Assembly: GCA_026003195.1 (NCBI GenBank)
Contig: BPGU01000005.1
Span: forward strand, 129,851-193,850
DNA: 64,000 bases
DNA from: Armatimonadota bacterium
GTDB lineage: Bacteria > Armatimonadota > HRBIN16
Direction of reading: 5' to 3'
Shown: positions 19,888 to 30,842 of the stretch, piece by piece
Numbering within the stretch: position 1 is the stretch's first letter
Layout: every line of letters starts with the position of its first letter
The notes under the pieces: generated by a model
Seen by the model: only the letters and a program-made list of their open reading frames with translations
The model's database searches: none
What the model was told of the DNA's origin: nothing
Made by a program: the position numbers and the translations under genes

Positions 19888-21447
19888 TTGCCCTCTGGTA
19901 TCATCGCTCGCGGTGTCGGCGATACGGGGGATCTGGAGGTTCGTTATGGCATAGAGCCTGCTACGGACACTATCTATGCGTTCCTCAAGCCTGGTGTGTT
20001 CTACTCCGACAACGTGCGCAGGTTCCTTTATGCGGACGCCGTGTATGAGAACCTCGGAGCCAATAACGCATGGATGAATCGTTTCATCCTGTCCAGACCG
20101 GCGGCGACTCCCGTATTGGCCAGAGCTCGCATCCGTATCGGTAGCGTCTGGAAAGACCTGACGCCTCTTTACAACGCTGTGGTGATGAACCATGTCAGTT
20201 ACTGGCAGCAGCGTGTGGACGGGCTCTGGGAGACTCCTGTCGACCTGGTGTATCCGTTGAAGGTGTACGATGTGTATGGCAACGGGTACTATCAGGTGGA
20301 CGAGTTCGATGATATCGGCGAGCACAGCTACTTCTTTGACCGTACCCGCAGATACCTTATCGCCATGAAGCCCGGTCTACTGATGGACGGACTGCGTACA
20401 TCTCCAACGGTGGAGGTGTATGAACGCGTCTATCCAGATGGTAACAAACTGCGCACCAGATGGAACGCAGCCGTCGTTCCCAGTAATCCCCAGATCAGCT
20501 GGGCTTATGCCATGTATGGCGATAAGGTGATAGCTCCCGATTCCATAGAGGGCAACGTCTGGACTTTTGCAAAGCCTCTGGACCCTGTGGTATGGGTTGT
20601 CCGCTACTTTGTGATGAACACCTTCTGCCTGTTCGGTAACGTGCTGGAGGTGTTCACCGAGATATGTGATGATATCTATGTGGAATACGATGCGGCCGAT
20701 ACCACCGGATTTGTGGAGTTTAACTCTTTTGCCGGTTCCTTTCTGAGAGGCACTCAGCTTCTCTGCGCTTCTGCGGAGGGAGCCAGCCGTACCAGTCCGC
20801 CCGCTCTGACAAATCGTGTACCGACTAAACTGGAGATGTCGGTGCTGGAGGACACTCCGTTCGGTCCGCCCGGCGTGATGTTCACCATCGGCGTCACCGC
20901 TCTGGACTCGGCGGGCAGACCGGTGCCGAGAGTGCCCGTCACCTTCAGCAGCACCAGAAGCGATGTGACCTTCGCTCCCGTGTCCGGCGAGACAGACATG
21001 TTCGGCGAGATATCCACCAACGTCTATGTGACCGGATCCACCGGACCGTGCCCCATCACTGCACAGAGCTCCACTTACGGTCTCTCCGTGACCAGAGATG
21101 TGGGATTGATAGGGGCGGGCAGCTCGCGCAACTACGTGGCGGTGCCTTTGCAGGTGTACTGGGAGCGTATCAGCAGACCGGAGCGCGATCTGGATGAGCT
21201 GATACTGCTGTTCTTCCATCCAAACGGCGCTCCTGTTAATCCGACGTCGGTAACCGTGCAGAGCGTATCCGGTCACATGTTCCGTGTGCCTGATGCAGCG
21301 GGCGACCTGGCAAAGTATACGTTCTCACAGAGCAATATGCACGGCGATGGTGTGTTGCTCATATTCATCCCCAAAGAGCCCTTATCGCTGGATCTCGTCA
21401 TACGTAACGAGGATATAGACCAGTTCTTCAGGATAGCGGAGGTGTAG
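19888..21447 (+). CDS. structural protein (519 aa)
   Basis: TTG start with GGAGGT 7 nt upstream. Confidence 0.65.
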   Translation: MPSGIIARGVGDTGDLEVRYGIEPATDTIYAFLKPGVFYSDNVRRFLYADAVYENLGANNAWMNRFILSRPAATPVLARARIRIGSVWKDLTPLYNAVVMNHVSYWQQRVDGLWETPVDLVYPLKVYDVYGNGYYQVDEFDDIGEHSYFFDRTRRYLIAMKPGLLMDGLRTSPTVEVYERVYPDGNKLRTRWNAAVVPSNPQISWAYAMYGDKVIAPDSIEGNVWTFAKPLDPVVWVVRYFVMNTFCLFGNVLEVFTEICDDIYVEYDAADTTGFVEFNSFAGSFLRGTQLLCASAEGASRTSPPALTNRVPTKLEMSVLEDTPFGPPGVMFTIGVTALDSAGRPVPRVPVTFSSTRSDVTFAPVSGETDMFGEISTNVYVTGSTGPCPITAQSSTYGLSVTRDVGLIGAGSSRNYVAVPLQVYWERISRPERDLDELILLFFHPNGAPVNPTSVTVQSVSGHMFRVPDAAGDLAKYTFSQSNMHGDGVLLIFIPKEPLSLDLVIRNEDIDQFFRIAEV

Positions 21448-21449
21448 CG

Positions 21450-24400
21450 ATGCCGTCGCTGTCGTCGGTGCCTTCAGTGGACATATTCTACGGATGCCCG
21501 GAGAAGGGAGTGGTGCTCTCCGCTATCTCTTCCCCTGTGCCGGACGATACATACGGTTACTATATTGAGACCGCAGCCGCTCTGAACAGACCGGACCTGA
21601 ACGTGAGTCTCACCTACGGGGAACGGTTTGCATGGCAGGAACAACCGCAGTACACCATGGCTCAGGCGAACGTGGTGCTCAATCCGTTCCTGCAGTATGC
21701 CGACGCCGGCAGTATCCCGTTGAACCAGATGCCTCCCCACTGGAGACTGGTCGACAGCTCCCAGACGAACGGCAGCCGATGGCGGTTCTATCCGTACAGC
21801 ATAAACCCGTCCGGCGCCACACAGAGACTACCGCACGAGCAGATCTATCGTCCCGCTCCATCCGGTGCCTACACCGTGTTCTTCCCGAACGGCTATGCGT
21901 TCCTGTACCCTGCAGACCATCCCATCCCCACCACCAGCGTCAACACCATGAAGTGTATCATAGCCGGGGAATGCGGTAACGTGCAGTTGAACAAGCCTTA
22001 TGTGCTGGAGATATACTATCTGCATGATGTCTGGCCGAGGTTCTCTACAACAGGACCTTCTCCTTATTCCTACGCTCCCAGCGGTCAAGAGAACAACTGG
22101 CGCGCTCTCTCTTACGTCCGTGTACGCGTGTTCGGTGTGGATTCTGGCGGCGTGACCACAGAGACCGCATTGCAGGCGGATTTAAAGAACGTGACGGCAT
22201 CCTCCGTGCCCGGTGTGACACGCATGGTGTTCCATGAGTACGAAGGTAGCGGTTACGGACATGCCGGCGGTGTGATGCGATGGCTGGTATCTTCCAATAT
22301 CGTGTTCTCCAACTCGTCTACGCAGAAGGCGGAGATAGAGATAGGTCTGTATGGGGCTCCTGGCTTCGCCGTCGTAGCGGTATTGATGTATCCGCTGGAA
22401 TCGCTGATGGTGTTCAATAAAGACGCTATGTCCTTCCACAGGACTCAGCAGTTGTTCAACCCGGGCATCGATTTCCTGAGCCGGTACGGTGGTGACACAG
22501 GTAACGGCACTGCGAGCTTAGAGCATGGCGTGCAGGCGCCTCTGTTTGGCGTGGCAGACAAGAGCGGATATTCCTCCAACGAGCCTGTGCCTGTGCCGTC
22601 TGAGAGTGTCGTGCCCATCTCAGAATGCCTGTCCGGCGAGCTGGTGATGTATGTGCGCAAGGCGCTGGGCAGACCGCCGTCGGTGCGTGTGAGCGGAAGT
22701 TATAGACCTGCGGAAGAATGGAGTTACGTGCCTGGTGACAGTTACTTCAAGCCTTCCAACTACGGCGTGTTGAGCTATCCATACACCGGCGGTTATACGA
22801 ATCGCCCGTTGAACATCGCGCGTGGTCAGGTATTAAAGACCTATTCCGCTCCTTCGAGCAAGCCGTACGCAACCTTTGTGGAGTTCCTGAGCTCGGATAT
22901 ACCGGTAAGACCGAACATCCGGTACGGACTACATCTGACCTCAACGATAGACAGACTAACCGGAATATGGCCGAATCCATCGTACAACTCAGCCCCTTAC
23001 GCCCGTTATTCCACCATGTGTTATCAGGTGGCAGTGTACGGTTACGATAAAGATAACAATCTGGTGGAGACTGCGTTCCTTTCCCTGCTGGACAGGTCTG
23101 CCGGTGGATATAACATCGTGGTTCCTGCGGCCACTATGGATTCACTGGAAAGCTACGTTGCACCAGACAACAGGGGATATCGTGTTTATCCGTCCATCTC
23201 TCAACCGTTCGGGTACATCATCTTCCAGAACAGCAGCGTCGTGAAGGCGAGGATAGCGGCTATCGTTTGCCAGCCTTATGTGAGGGTGTCGGATACTAAC
23301 ATCTGGGGCGGATGGCCTCCTTCTGGAGACGACACCACACCTTACCTGATGCTACCGCATCCGTCTCATGATAAGCTGAGGATTCAGAACTGGGGACTGT
23401 TCGAGCTCTGGCCAGAGCCTTTTGCCGCCGGTTCAGCCGATTTCATCCCCTCCGGCATGGCGGACTTCACATCCGGTGGATGGACCGCTTCCGGTCTGGT
23501 ATCCATATCCACCACCGGTTCTGAAGCGCCTGGATCATCTGGATACGCGCAGATTACATCCGGGTTCGCCGGCGGATCCATTTATTGCTCTCTGCCGTGG
23601 AGTCAGAGCTCGGAGAGGCAGTTATGGTTCTGCATACGGTTACGTTTACATACTACAGCCACCTACAATGGCGAGCCCCACTTTGGGGCGTTCCGGTTCA
23701 CGCTTATCTGGAAACGGTCTTCCAGAACCGTAAGGGGCACGGTGTTCTACATCAATCCCAAAGCTTCCCAGATGACCAGTCTTGGAGGTGGCTGGTACGA
23801 GGTAGAGTCTCCGGTGTTTACAAACGTTACTCCGTTTGGCATAACCGGTCCGGACTATCCGGATACGCTGGATATAGAGATATTTATGTCTCTGGTTCAG
23901 CCCGGAACGGTGAAGGTAGGATACGTCAACATCGGCTTCAAAGACGATGCGCGGTTCCACAGCACCAGGAAGGAGCGTGTATCGGTCGGTGTCGGTCCGA
24001 GTGTATCTCTGGATCTCACGAACAGGAGTCCGCGCGTGGTGGGTATCAGTCGTGTGAGCAAACACCACTGGGCGTTGAAGGTCAGACCGGGTATAGCCTA
24101 TGTGGATTACACCATACCGTCCTGTGAAAGCAGTCACAGCTGGTTAATAGAAGCCGGGTTCAATCCAGGTGACCGGTTGATGCTGGTCTATACGCTACCG
24201 GAGTATTCCCGGTTGATTCTCAACGGCGTACCTACTCTCTACGCCAGGGAGCGCGTGTTTGTCAAGAACGGTGTGTTCCGTGTATCTCGTCCGGTGAACA
24301 GCCGTATGGACATCGTTCTCACGCTGGACAACGGCACTTCCATATCAGGCAACGGGTCCGGTAGCGTGTTCCATGCAGGAATGTTTGAACAGGAGGTAAC

Positions 24401-25148
24401 TATCCGACAACCATCGTTGTCCGGATATACCGGCGAGGCGGAGGTCTACTATCCGTATTATACAACCGAGTACCTCTATACCGGTTGCTGGCATGGCAGC
24501 AAGCGATGCTATTTGAACCTCAGCGTGCACAGCACCAGCGTCGCTTCTGCACCGTTTGTCTACGGATACCTGTTCTTCCCGGACCCTCCAGATGGGAGTA
24601 CGCAGCCTCCATCCGGGCACGCCAACCGTCTGGGGTTCTACATCTGTCTGAGGCCCAGCATGGCGATACCGTACACAGACTACCAGAACGGCGTGCGTAC
24701 GGGAGTTGTGCTTCCTGCGAATGGTAATCCGGAGACGGCGAACTATCTGTACCATCTGATGGGCGTTTACTATCCGCCGAGGATGAAGAACTTTATCTTT
24801 TATGATCCCACACCGGAAACAACTCCGAACCCTCGTCAAATCGCCTCTATGGTGCTGGCGTGGGTTGCCTTCATGAAACCGCTCGGTTACGCCTACGTGG
24901 ACTTCCTGGACGTGCGCAATCGCGGGGGCGGTCTGCCTGAGGGATACCAGCCTGCCAATGAGACTTTATGGGATGTGGGGAGCTGGGACGGCGACTCGTC
25001 CCGCAGCGCAGGTCGTGCCATTGTGCGGTTGCCGGCATCGCTCTTGCAACCTGCACCGGACAGGGACGCTTTCACGCATGAACAGATCCTGGAGATAGTG
25101 GGCAGGTATCTGCCTGCCGGTATAGATTATGAGGTGGAGTATGTTTAG
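21450..25148 (+). CDS. large structural protein (1232 aa)
   Basis: ATG with GGAGGTG upstream, tightly packed with neighbours. Confidence 0.7.
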   Translation: MPSLSSVPSVDIFYGCPEKGVVLSAISSPVPDDTYGYYIETAAALNRPDLNVSLTYGERFAWQEQPQYTMAQANVVLNPFLQYADAGSIPLNQMPPHWRLVDSSQTNGSRWRFYPYSINPSGATQRLPHEQIYRPAPSGAYTVFFPNGYAFLYPADHPIPTTSVNTMKCIIAGECGNVQLNKPYVLEIYYLHDVWPRFSTTGPSPYSYAPSGQENNWRALSYVRVRVFGVDSGGVTTETALQADLKNVTASSVPGVTRMVFHEYEGSGYGHAGGVMRWLVSSNIVFSNSSTQKAEIEIGLYGAPGFAVVAVLMYPLESLMVFNKDAMSFHRTQQLFNPGIDFLSRYGGDTGNGTASLEHGVQAPLFGVADKSGYSSNEPVPVPSESVVPISECLSGELVMYVRKALGRPPSVRVSGSYRPAEEWSYVPGDSYFKPSNYGVLSYPYTGGYTNRPLNIARGQVLKTYSAPSSKPYATFVEFLSSDIPVRPNIRYGLHLTSTIDRLTGIWPNPSYNSAPYARYSTMCYQVAVYGYDKDNNLVETAFLSLLDRSAGGYNIVVPAATMDSLESYVAPDNRGYRVYPSISQPFGYIIFQNSSVVKARIAAIVCQPYVRVSDTNIWGGWPPSGDDTTPYLMLPHPSHDKLRIQNWGLFELWPEPFAAGSADFIPSGMADFTSGGWTASGLVSISTTGSEAPGSSGYAQITSGFAGGSIYCSLPWSQSSERQLWFCIRLRLHTTATYNGEPHFGAFRFTLIWKRSSRTVRGTVFYINPKASQMTSLGGGWYEVESPVFTNVTPFGITGPDYPDTLDIEIFMSLVQPGTVKVGYVNIGFKDDARFHSTRKERVSVGVGPSVSLDLTNRSPRVVGISRVSKHHWALKVRPGIAYVDYTIPSCESSHSWLIEAGFNPGDRLMLVYTLPEYSRLILNGVPTLYARERVFVKNGVFRVSRPVNSRMDIVLTLDNGTSISGNGSGSVFHAGMFEQEVTIRQPSLSGYTGEAEVYYPYYTTEYLYTGCWHGSKRCYLNLSVHSTSVASAPFVYGYLFFPDPPDGSTQPPSGHANRLGFYICLRPSMAIPYTDYQNGVRTGVVLPANGNPETANYLYHLMGVYYPPRMKNFIFYDPTPETTPNPRQIASMVLAWVAFMKPLGYAYVDFLDVRNRGGGLPEGYQPANETLWDVGSWDGDSSRSAGRAIVRLPASLLQPAPDRDAFTHEQILEIVGRYLPAGIDYEVEYV

Positions 25149-28100
25149 CGATTGGGAGCGACTGTACTCAACATGGGAGGATATCGCGTCGGCGGATGAA
25201 CGCAACGCTGCGTCGGTGTTACGTATTGGGCTGGAAGCGATACTGGAGGCGATGACCGACCTTTACCGGCAGTATGATGCCCTGGTGGAGGATATGCAGG
25301 CTGCCCATAACGCCATGTTGAGACAGATCAGCACGGTACAGACGCTGCTGGCGGACACGCGCAAGCGCATGAACGCCATATTGAAGTCCTCCATCGTGCC
25401 TGGCGGCAAAGGGCTGCATGTGCTCCAGGATATCTGTCTGCTCAACGGGTGCACATACAACTCGTTCTATGACGGTTATGCGCCGAACCCGGCTTTTATG
25501 CATGAGCCTTTGCGCAGGAGCAGGTTATCCCATTCTGAGGTGGTGGTGGACTACGCTACGGGCGATGTGACCGTAGAGGGCGACTGGTCCAGTCTGTGGG
25601 ACGGCAGTGACGATACCGCCGTGCGTTTGATAGTGCACTCTCCCGCTCCGGTATCGCTGGATAACTCCAACCTCAACGTGATAGGCAACTATACCGGTGG
25701 CGCCATTGTGAGGTTGCGCATTGGGTTCGGCGAGTATATCGCCATGAACCAGATAGTGCTGGAGACGGACGAGAAGGTGAAGGTGCTCGGCTACGGTTTG
25801 GAGAGCCCGAACTCCATCAACGGCTTGAACGTGTTTGCCGATCCGAACGTGACCGGCACGTGGTACAACGCAGCGGGTAACTATGCACTCACTCAATACG
25901 ATGAAGTCGTTGCCAGAAACGTGTTAACTCTTATCCCTGAGACGGAGAACGCCTTCGCCAGATACAACGCGGCGAACAGGGCTATTCCCTCCGGTTATGC
26001 CAGTCCTCCATATAGCTCGGGCATCTATCATTCCAGCATCTACAGGCTTCGCGTTCGGTGTCGGGCTCTGGACGCGCCGGTGGAGGCCACTTTCCGTGTA
26101 TTTGACCAGAACGACCGAACCTGTATCACTCACACGGAGGTCATACAGCCCGGGCGCGGTTATTTTGATGTGTACGCTCGTGGTGCGATGCCTAACTCCA
26201 CGCAGATAGGGGTAAGTATATCTGTCAAGCGGGTGGGATGGAATGCCGGTCGACTGCGCGTGCGGGAGGTCACGGTAGTGGACGAGTTCTTCCAGTTCGT
26301 TGTGAACCTGCCATACAGTAACAGGTTCGCGTTTCCCACGTATTACGTCAGACCGATGCGCACGATGACCATCACGCTGGGGCTACAGCACGCTCAGACC
26401 TCTCCTGATGGCGGTATAGACTATGTATGCACCATCCGCAGGCTGGATCTCAGGTTCCCCCAGTACACGAACACCGCCATGATGGTAGCTCCTCCTGTCA
26501 GACAGACCACGCATCCGATTACGGAGGTGCGCGTGTTCGTGGAGGGCGAGAACCTGGAGAACAGCTCCATCGTTGTCGGCTCGGACAGCTCGTTCCTGCA
26601 CTCCGTGACTATCCCGGCGTCTGAGGCTCAATCACCTTCTGGGGTAACGGTCACCTTCCAGCCCACTCTGGGATCGTTGCCACAACCTTCTGGATACAAT
26701 ATCCCGGTGCCGCTACAGTATGCGGTGGAGCAGTTTGAATACGGTCAGGAGTTCGAGCTATCCTATGTGCCCTACTGCAGTGCCTATGCGGTGCGCCAGA
26801 TGCTGGAAAGGATCGGCAAATACGATGCCAATCTCGACCTGAGCGAGGTGGACTTCGACTCGCTGTCCGAGATGGGATTCTCGCAGTTCCGGTCGCTTGT
26901 TACCACCGTAGATACAAACAGCGGTGAATGGTCAGGCACGTTGCTCGGTCAGAATCGCAACCTTCAGTTTGAGGACAATCCAGACTTCGTTGCCCTGTAC
27001 GGCACGCTGCCAGCCTCCGGAGGCGGTGCGGAGGATGTGGACCTGATTAACATATCCGTGCGGACGGTAGAGGGCTATCCGACGGTGGTCAAGAACGGTA
27101 GTGGCCAGCCGGGCGATAGCTGGAGCGTGACCGGTGCATGGATTTATAACACCACCGAGAGCGCCGTTCTGCCGCCTCGTGGCGCTGTGGTGCGTGGAGG
27201 AAGAACGTACACCAACCCGTTTGATTACCAGGCGCTGTTGTTAAGGGGCTATCCGCCGGGCACGAGCTTCAGCATTTATTCCAACCAGTTTACCATGGCG
27301 CCGGACAGGGATTATGTGATTCGTTACGAGATCAAGCGCGGCGATGGCGTTACCGGTACACCGGCTAACTTTGTCACCCTGTTCTATGACGGTAACCGCA
27401 GAGATTTGAAGTCCACATGGTCGCCGGATGAACTTTACTCTCAGGAGCTGCAGGTACGGTTACCGTCCAGGTCTGGGAACTATAACGCCACGCTGTTCCT
27501 GTCTACCAGAGATGGCGAAGCGCCGGTGATCAGTCCCATACAGGTGTCCCCTCTGTTCCGCTATCTGAACAGAACGGTGACTGGAGACTATGAGATCACG
27601 GAATACTCGATACCCGGTGGAGTCGTTCATACCGAGTACGTGCGCATATACATCGCATTGTATGGGGCTCCTGTGATATCTGAAGGTCAGCGCATCCGGA
27701 TTCCTGAGATATATGTGTCGGGCGCAAGCGGCTCCGGCTCCAGACCGGATATCACTATGTCTGTTAGACCTCAGGATTCGGATGGCTGGATCAACCTTGG
27801 GGCTCCGACAAACGCATCCTATTCCGGCAGCTCCGACACCGGCACCTTCACCAATCTGGAGTGGACGATGCCTGCAGGGTTTGGGAGCAGACCGGTACAC
27901 TACATAGCCATCCTTGTCCGCAGGAGCTCGGATACCGGTCTGACCATGACGCTCCGCATGAAGTTGCTCGGCAACAATGTGGGCAACAGGCTGGAGCTGG
28001 TGCGCTCTGTGGCCATACCGGATCCGAACAACGTGTCGGCGTCGTTGAGCTGGTCCGCTTCGTCGACAGACCGTGTTATCCGTTTGAGTGACAGGGAGGC

Positions 28101-29133
28101 GCTGTCCATACCGCTGGTTCTGAAGGGGTTTGGCAACAACTCCATCTCCGTCTACGTGAACAACCGCGCCTGGCCTTCGGATCTGGTGCGCATCAATGAT
28201 CCAGAGTACTTCGGTCCGGCTTCGGAGAGCGTGGAGCGTCGGTTGAGTCTGCTCATCTACGGTCAGGGTCAGCAGTTTGTGGTGGAGGATATAGACCTGG
28301 TGGCGAACGGAATGTTAAAGGACCATCCGGTGCCTGTAGCTCTCAAGGCGGGCAGACAGTTCCGCAAGATGTCCACCTTCCAGACCATCGTGCCCGTCAA
28401 GGTGACCGTGGACACTCCGTTCGGGCTGTTCAGACCGGACATCACGGGCGAGTTGCCCCTGTCCGGTAACCGCGAGGTAAGAGACGAGCGTCTGGAGCTG
28501 GCTTCGGACCTGGTGCTGGAGCAGTATGAACAGGACGTGGTGAGCGGACTCATCTCACGGAGCATCCGGTATGATAAGCCGGTATATGCCACCAGGTTCG
28601 CGCCCATAGCCCTGCACCAGAACGGTAATCCCAGACTGGAGTTAAGGATACATAAACGCTCGGACGGTTCGCTGTTCAAGAGGCTTGAGCGTCGCGACTA
28701 TGTGCTCGATCACAGGCGCGGTCTGATACAGCTTCTGGACGATCCCGGCTCGGACTATTACGTTGTCGCCGACTACTGGTTCACCGTGGTGAGCGAGGCG
28801 CAGCTCAGGGCGTATAACGAGCAGGTGCGCGGGGACTGGATAACCAGGAACAGGACGGACTACCTGTCTGGAACAATACCTTCCCTGAAGTCGCTTCGCT
28901 TCACCGCAGACGAGGTATCCGGCTATCCTGTGCTGGAGTACTACCATAACGGTAACAGGCTGATACTCTCACAGGAGATACCGCCTCCTGCCGATGCACG
29001 ATACGCCGTATCGGTAGCTTACTGGTATCTGCCGGTCAATCCGGCGGTGAAGGTCATACTGCGCCCTGGTTATGATTCCACGCTTGAGGTGAACGTGCCT
29101 CCCGTACTGCGCAGACTGGTGGTGATGACATGA
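25139..29133 (+). CDS. large structural protein (~1331 aa)
   Basis: ATG 25139 with GGTGGAG upstream. The ORF-track start is 25129. Confidence 0.7.
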
Positions 29134-30842
29134 AGCAGACTCTCATACCGGCCGAGTGGAACGGTCGTGTTGCCTCCGAACTGCCGCTGGAGGTGATATC
29201 GCTCTGCCAGGATGCACAGCAGCGGATGGAGTCCATTCAATCTGCCGCTCAGCAGCAGATAGAGAGCCTGAACCTTTCCGTGCAGGCGATGGAGTTGCAG
29301 ATAAACGAGATGAACTCTCTCATCTCCAGCATGATGCATCGGGAGCAACCGCTGGACAGGATACTTGTGCCGGAGCGGTTCCTGGAGGACTCGTCCGGTC
29401 AGGGCACGCTGGAGCGCGACGAGTTCACGGGCTCTCTGAGGCTGAAGTCCAACTCCATGCAGGTGGTCAATAACCTGATAAGCGCCGTGTGGATAGACCG
29501 GCAGAACTCTATCGGCATACCGGGCAACAACATGGTGGTTCAGTCTATTGAACAGGGCGAGAAGGGTCTGCCCACGGTGCGTCTGGTTTCCGAGACCGAT
29601 CCCCATGCGAACATCCTGCTCGCCTTTGACAACGGTCTGGACACCTGGCTGGAGTGGGAGCGACTGATGGTGATACCAAAGCAGAGACTGCGCAAGGTGG
29701 AGGACTGTGCCTACTTTGCCGACGAAGCGGGCGAGCTACTCAGCGTGCGGGACGTGACCGCCGGACACGGCTGGACCGTTCGTGTGGCCTATCCCGGTCA
29801 CGAACAGCTGGTGTCCGGTGTGCCGCTGGCTACCTTCAAGGAGGAGCCTTCCGTTGAGGACGCTCCTGCCAGGCTGGCGCTGGAGCTGGAGTTCGCCGAG
29901 ACGCTGAACGGAGTCTGGCTGGAGATAGCGCCATACCGTATCGGCGGACGCGGCACGGTGCTGGAATCGGCGTGGGTGAGCGAGGACGGCGTGAACTGGA
30001 GGAAGTCCGCCACGGGCACGGTGGTGCCGGTGGACGGCGAGGTGAACGGTATCCGCGTGTATCTGCACAATGTGCGGTATGCACGCATCTGGCTCAGGTC
30101 CACCGGCTGGTATATGCCGAGGCTGGGGCTCGGTCATCCGTTCGCAGCCGCTTTCATGAAGCAGACCAGACGCAGTTCGTTGCTTGGGTTCATCCCGCTC
30201 GGTTCGTCTACATCCAGATGGGTGGAGCGGTTGCCCACGGACGAGATATCGGTGGGCACGCTCTCCGTGGCGGAGGACGGGAACACGAAGTTTGTGTCGC
30301 GTGTGGTTGGCGGCGCCGTGGGACTGGCGACAGGTATATCCATGAAGATATTGACACAGGCGATCGGTTCCGCTGCGGTCACCGCGCTCGGTGCAGCCGC
30401 ACCGGTGATAGGCTTCCTGATCGGCGCCGTGGTGCTGGGCGGACTGATATCCACAAAGGTGACGCGCGAGGTGGAGCGCGTCGTGAACGGTGTGGATGTG
30501 TTCAAGGGCTGGCGTTCCGCTGTGGGCGTGCGCGAGATACGGGTGGTGCGCAGAAGCTATGAATCCTATGGGGAATGGACGTCCAGAACATACATGTTCT
30601 CCAAACCGGTGAAACAGATAGCGTTGTGGGTGCATGATGAGGTGCCTGAGGGCACGGAGATCCATTACTTCATCAAAGCGGGCGGTGGCGACTGGGTGGA
30701 ACTGGATGTGAGCAAAGGCAGGAGTTCCAAACTGGACCTGGATATCCCTGTGGAGGATGCACAGGTGAGGATCCAGATGCGAAGCACCGGTGAGGATGCA
30801 ACGCCGGTGGTGTACAGTTTTGTGCTGGAGGGTTATGCGTAA
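29130..30842 (+). CDS. structural or injection protein with N-terminal coiled coil and a cluster of 2-3 transmembrane helices (570 aa)
   Basis: Heptad-like N-terminus. Hydrophobic block VVGGAVGLATGISMKILTQAIGSAAVTALGAAAPVIGFLIGAVVLGGLI. Confidence 0.65.
   Translation: MKQTLIPAEWNGRVASELPLEVISLCQDAQQRMESIQSAAQQQIESLNLSVQAMELQINEMNSLISSMMHREQPLDRILVPERFLEDSSGQGTLERDEFTGSLRLKSNSMQVVNNLISAVWIDRQNSIGIPGNNMVVQSIEQGEKGLPTVRLVSETDPHANILLAFDNGLDTWLEWERLMVIPKQRLRKVEDCAYFADEAGELLSVRDVTAGHGWTVRVAYPGHEQLVSGVPLATFKEEPSVEDAPARLALELEFAETLNGVWLEIAPYRIGGRGTVLESAWVSEDGVNWRKSATGTVVPVDGEVNGIRVYLHNVRYARIWLRSTGWYMPRLGLGHPFAAAFMKQTRRSSLLGFIPLGSSTSRWVERLPTDEISVGTLSVAEDGNTKFVSRVVGGAVGLATGISMKILTQAIGSAAVTALGAAAPVIGFLIGAVVLGGLISTKVTREVERVVNGVDVFKGWRSAVGVREIRVVRRSYESYGEWTSRTYMFSKPVKQIALWVHDEVPEGTEIHYFIKAGGGDWVELDVSKGRSSKLDLDIPVEDAQVRIQMRSTGEDATPVVYSFVLEGYA

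Noticed and set aside
19594-21276. Minus-strand ORFs of 243 and 299 aa
   Set aside because: They are embedded antisense in well-supported plus-strand structural genes that have strong SDs. Their composition is artefactual.
29736-30665. 309-aa minus-strand ORF
   Set aside because: It is antisense to the 570-aa structural gene. It has Arg/His/Gly-rich low-complexity and no SD.
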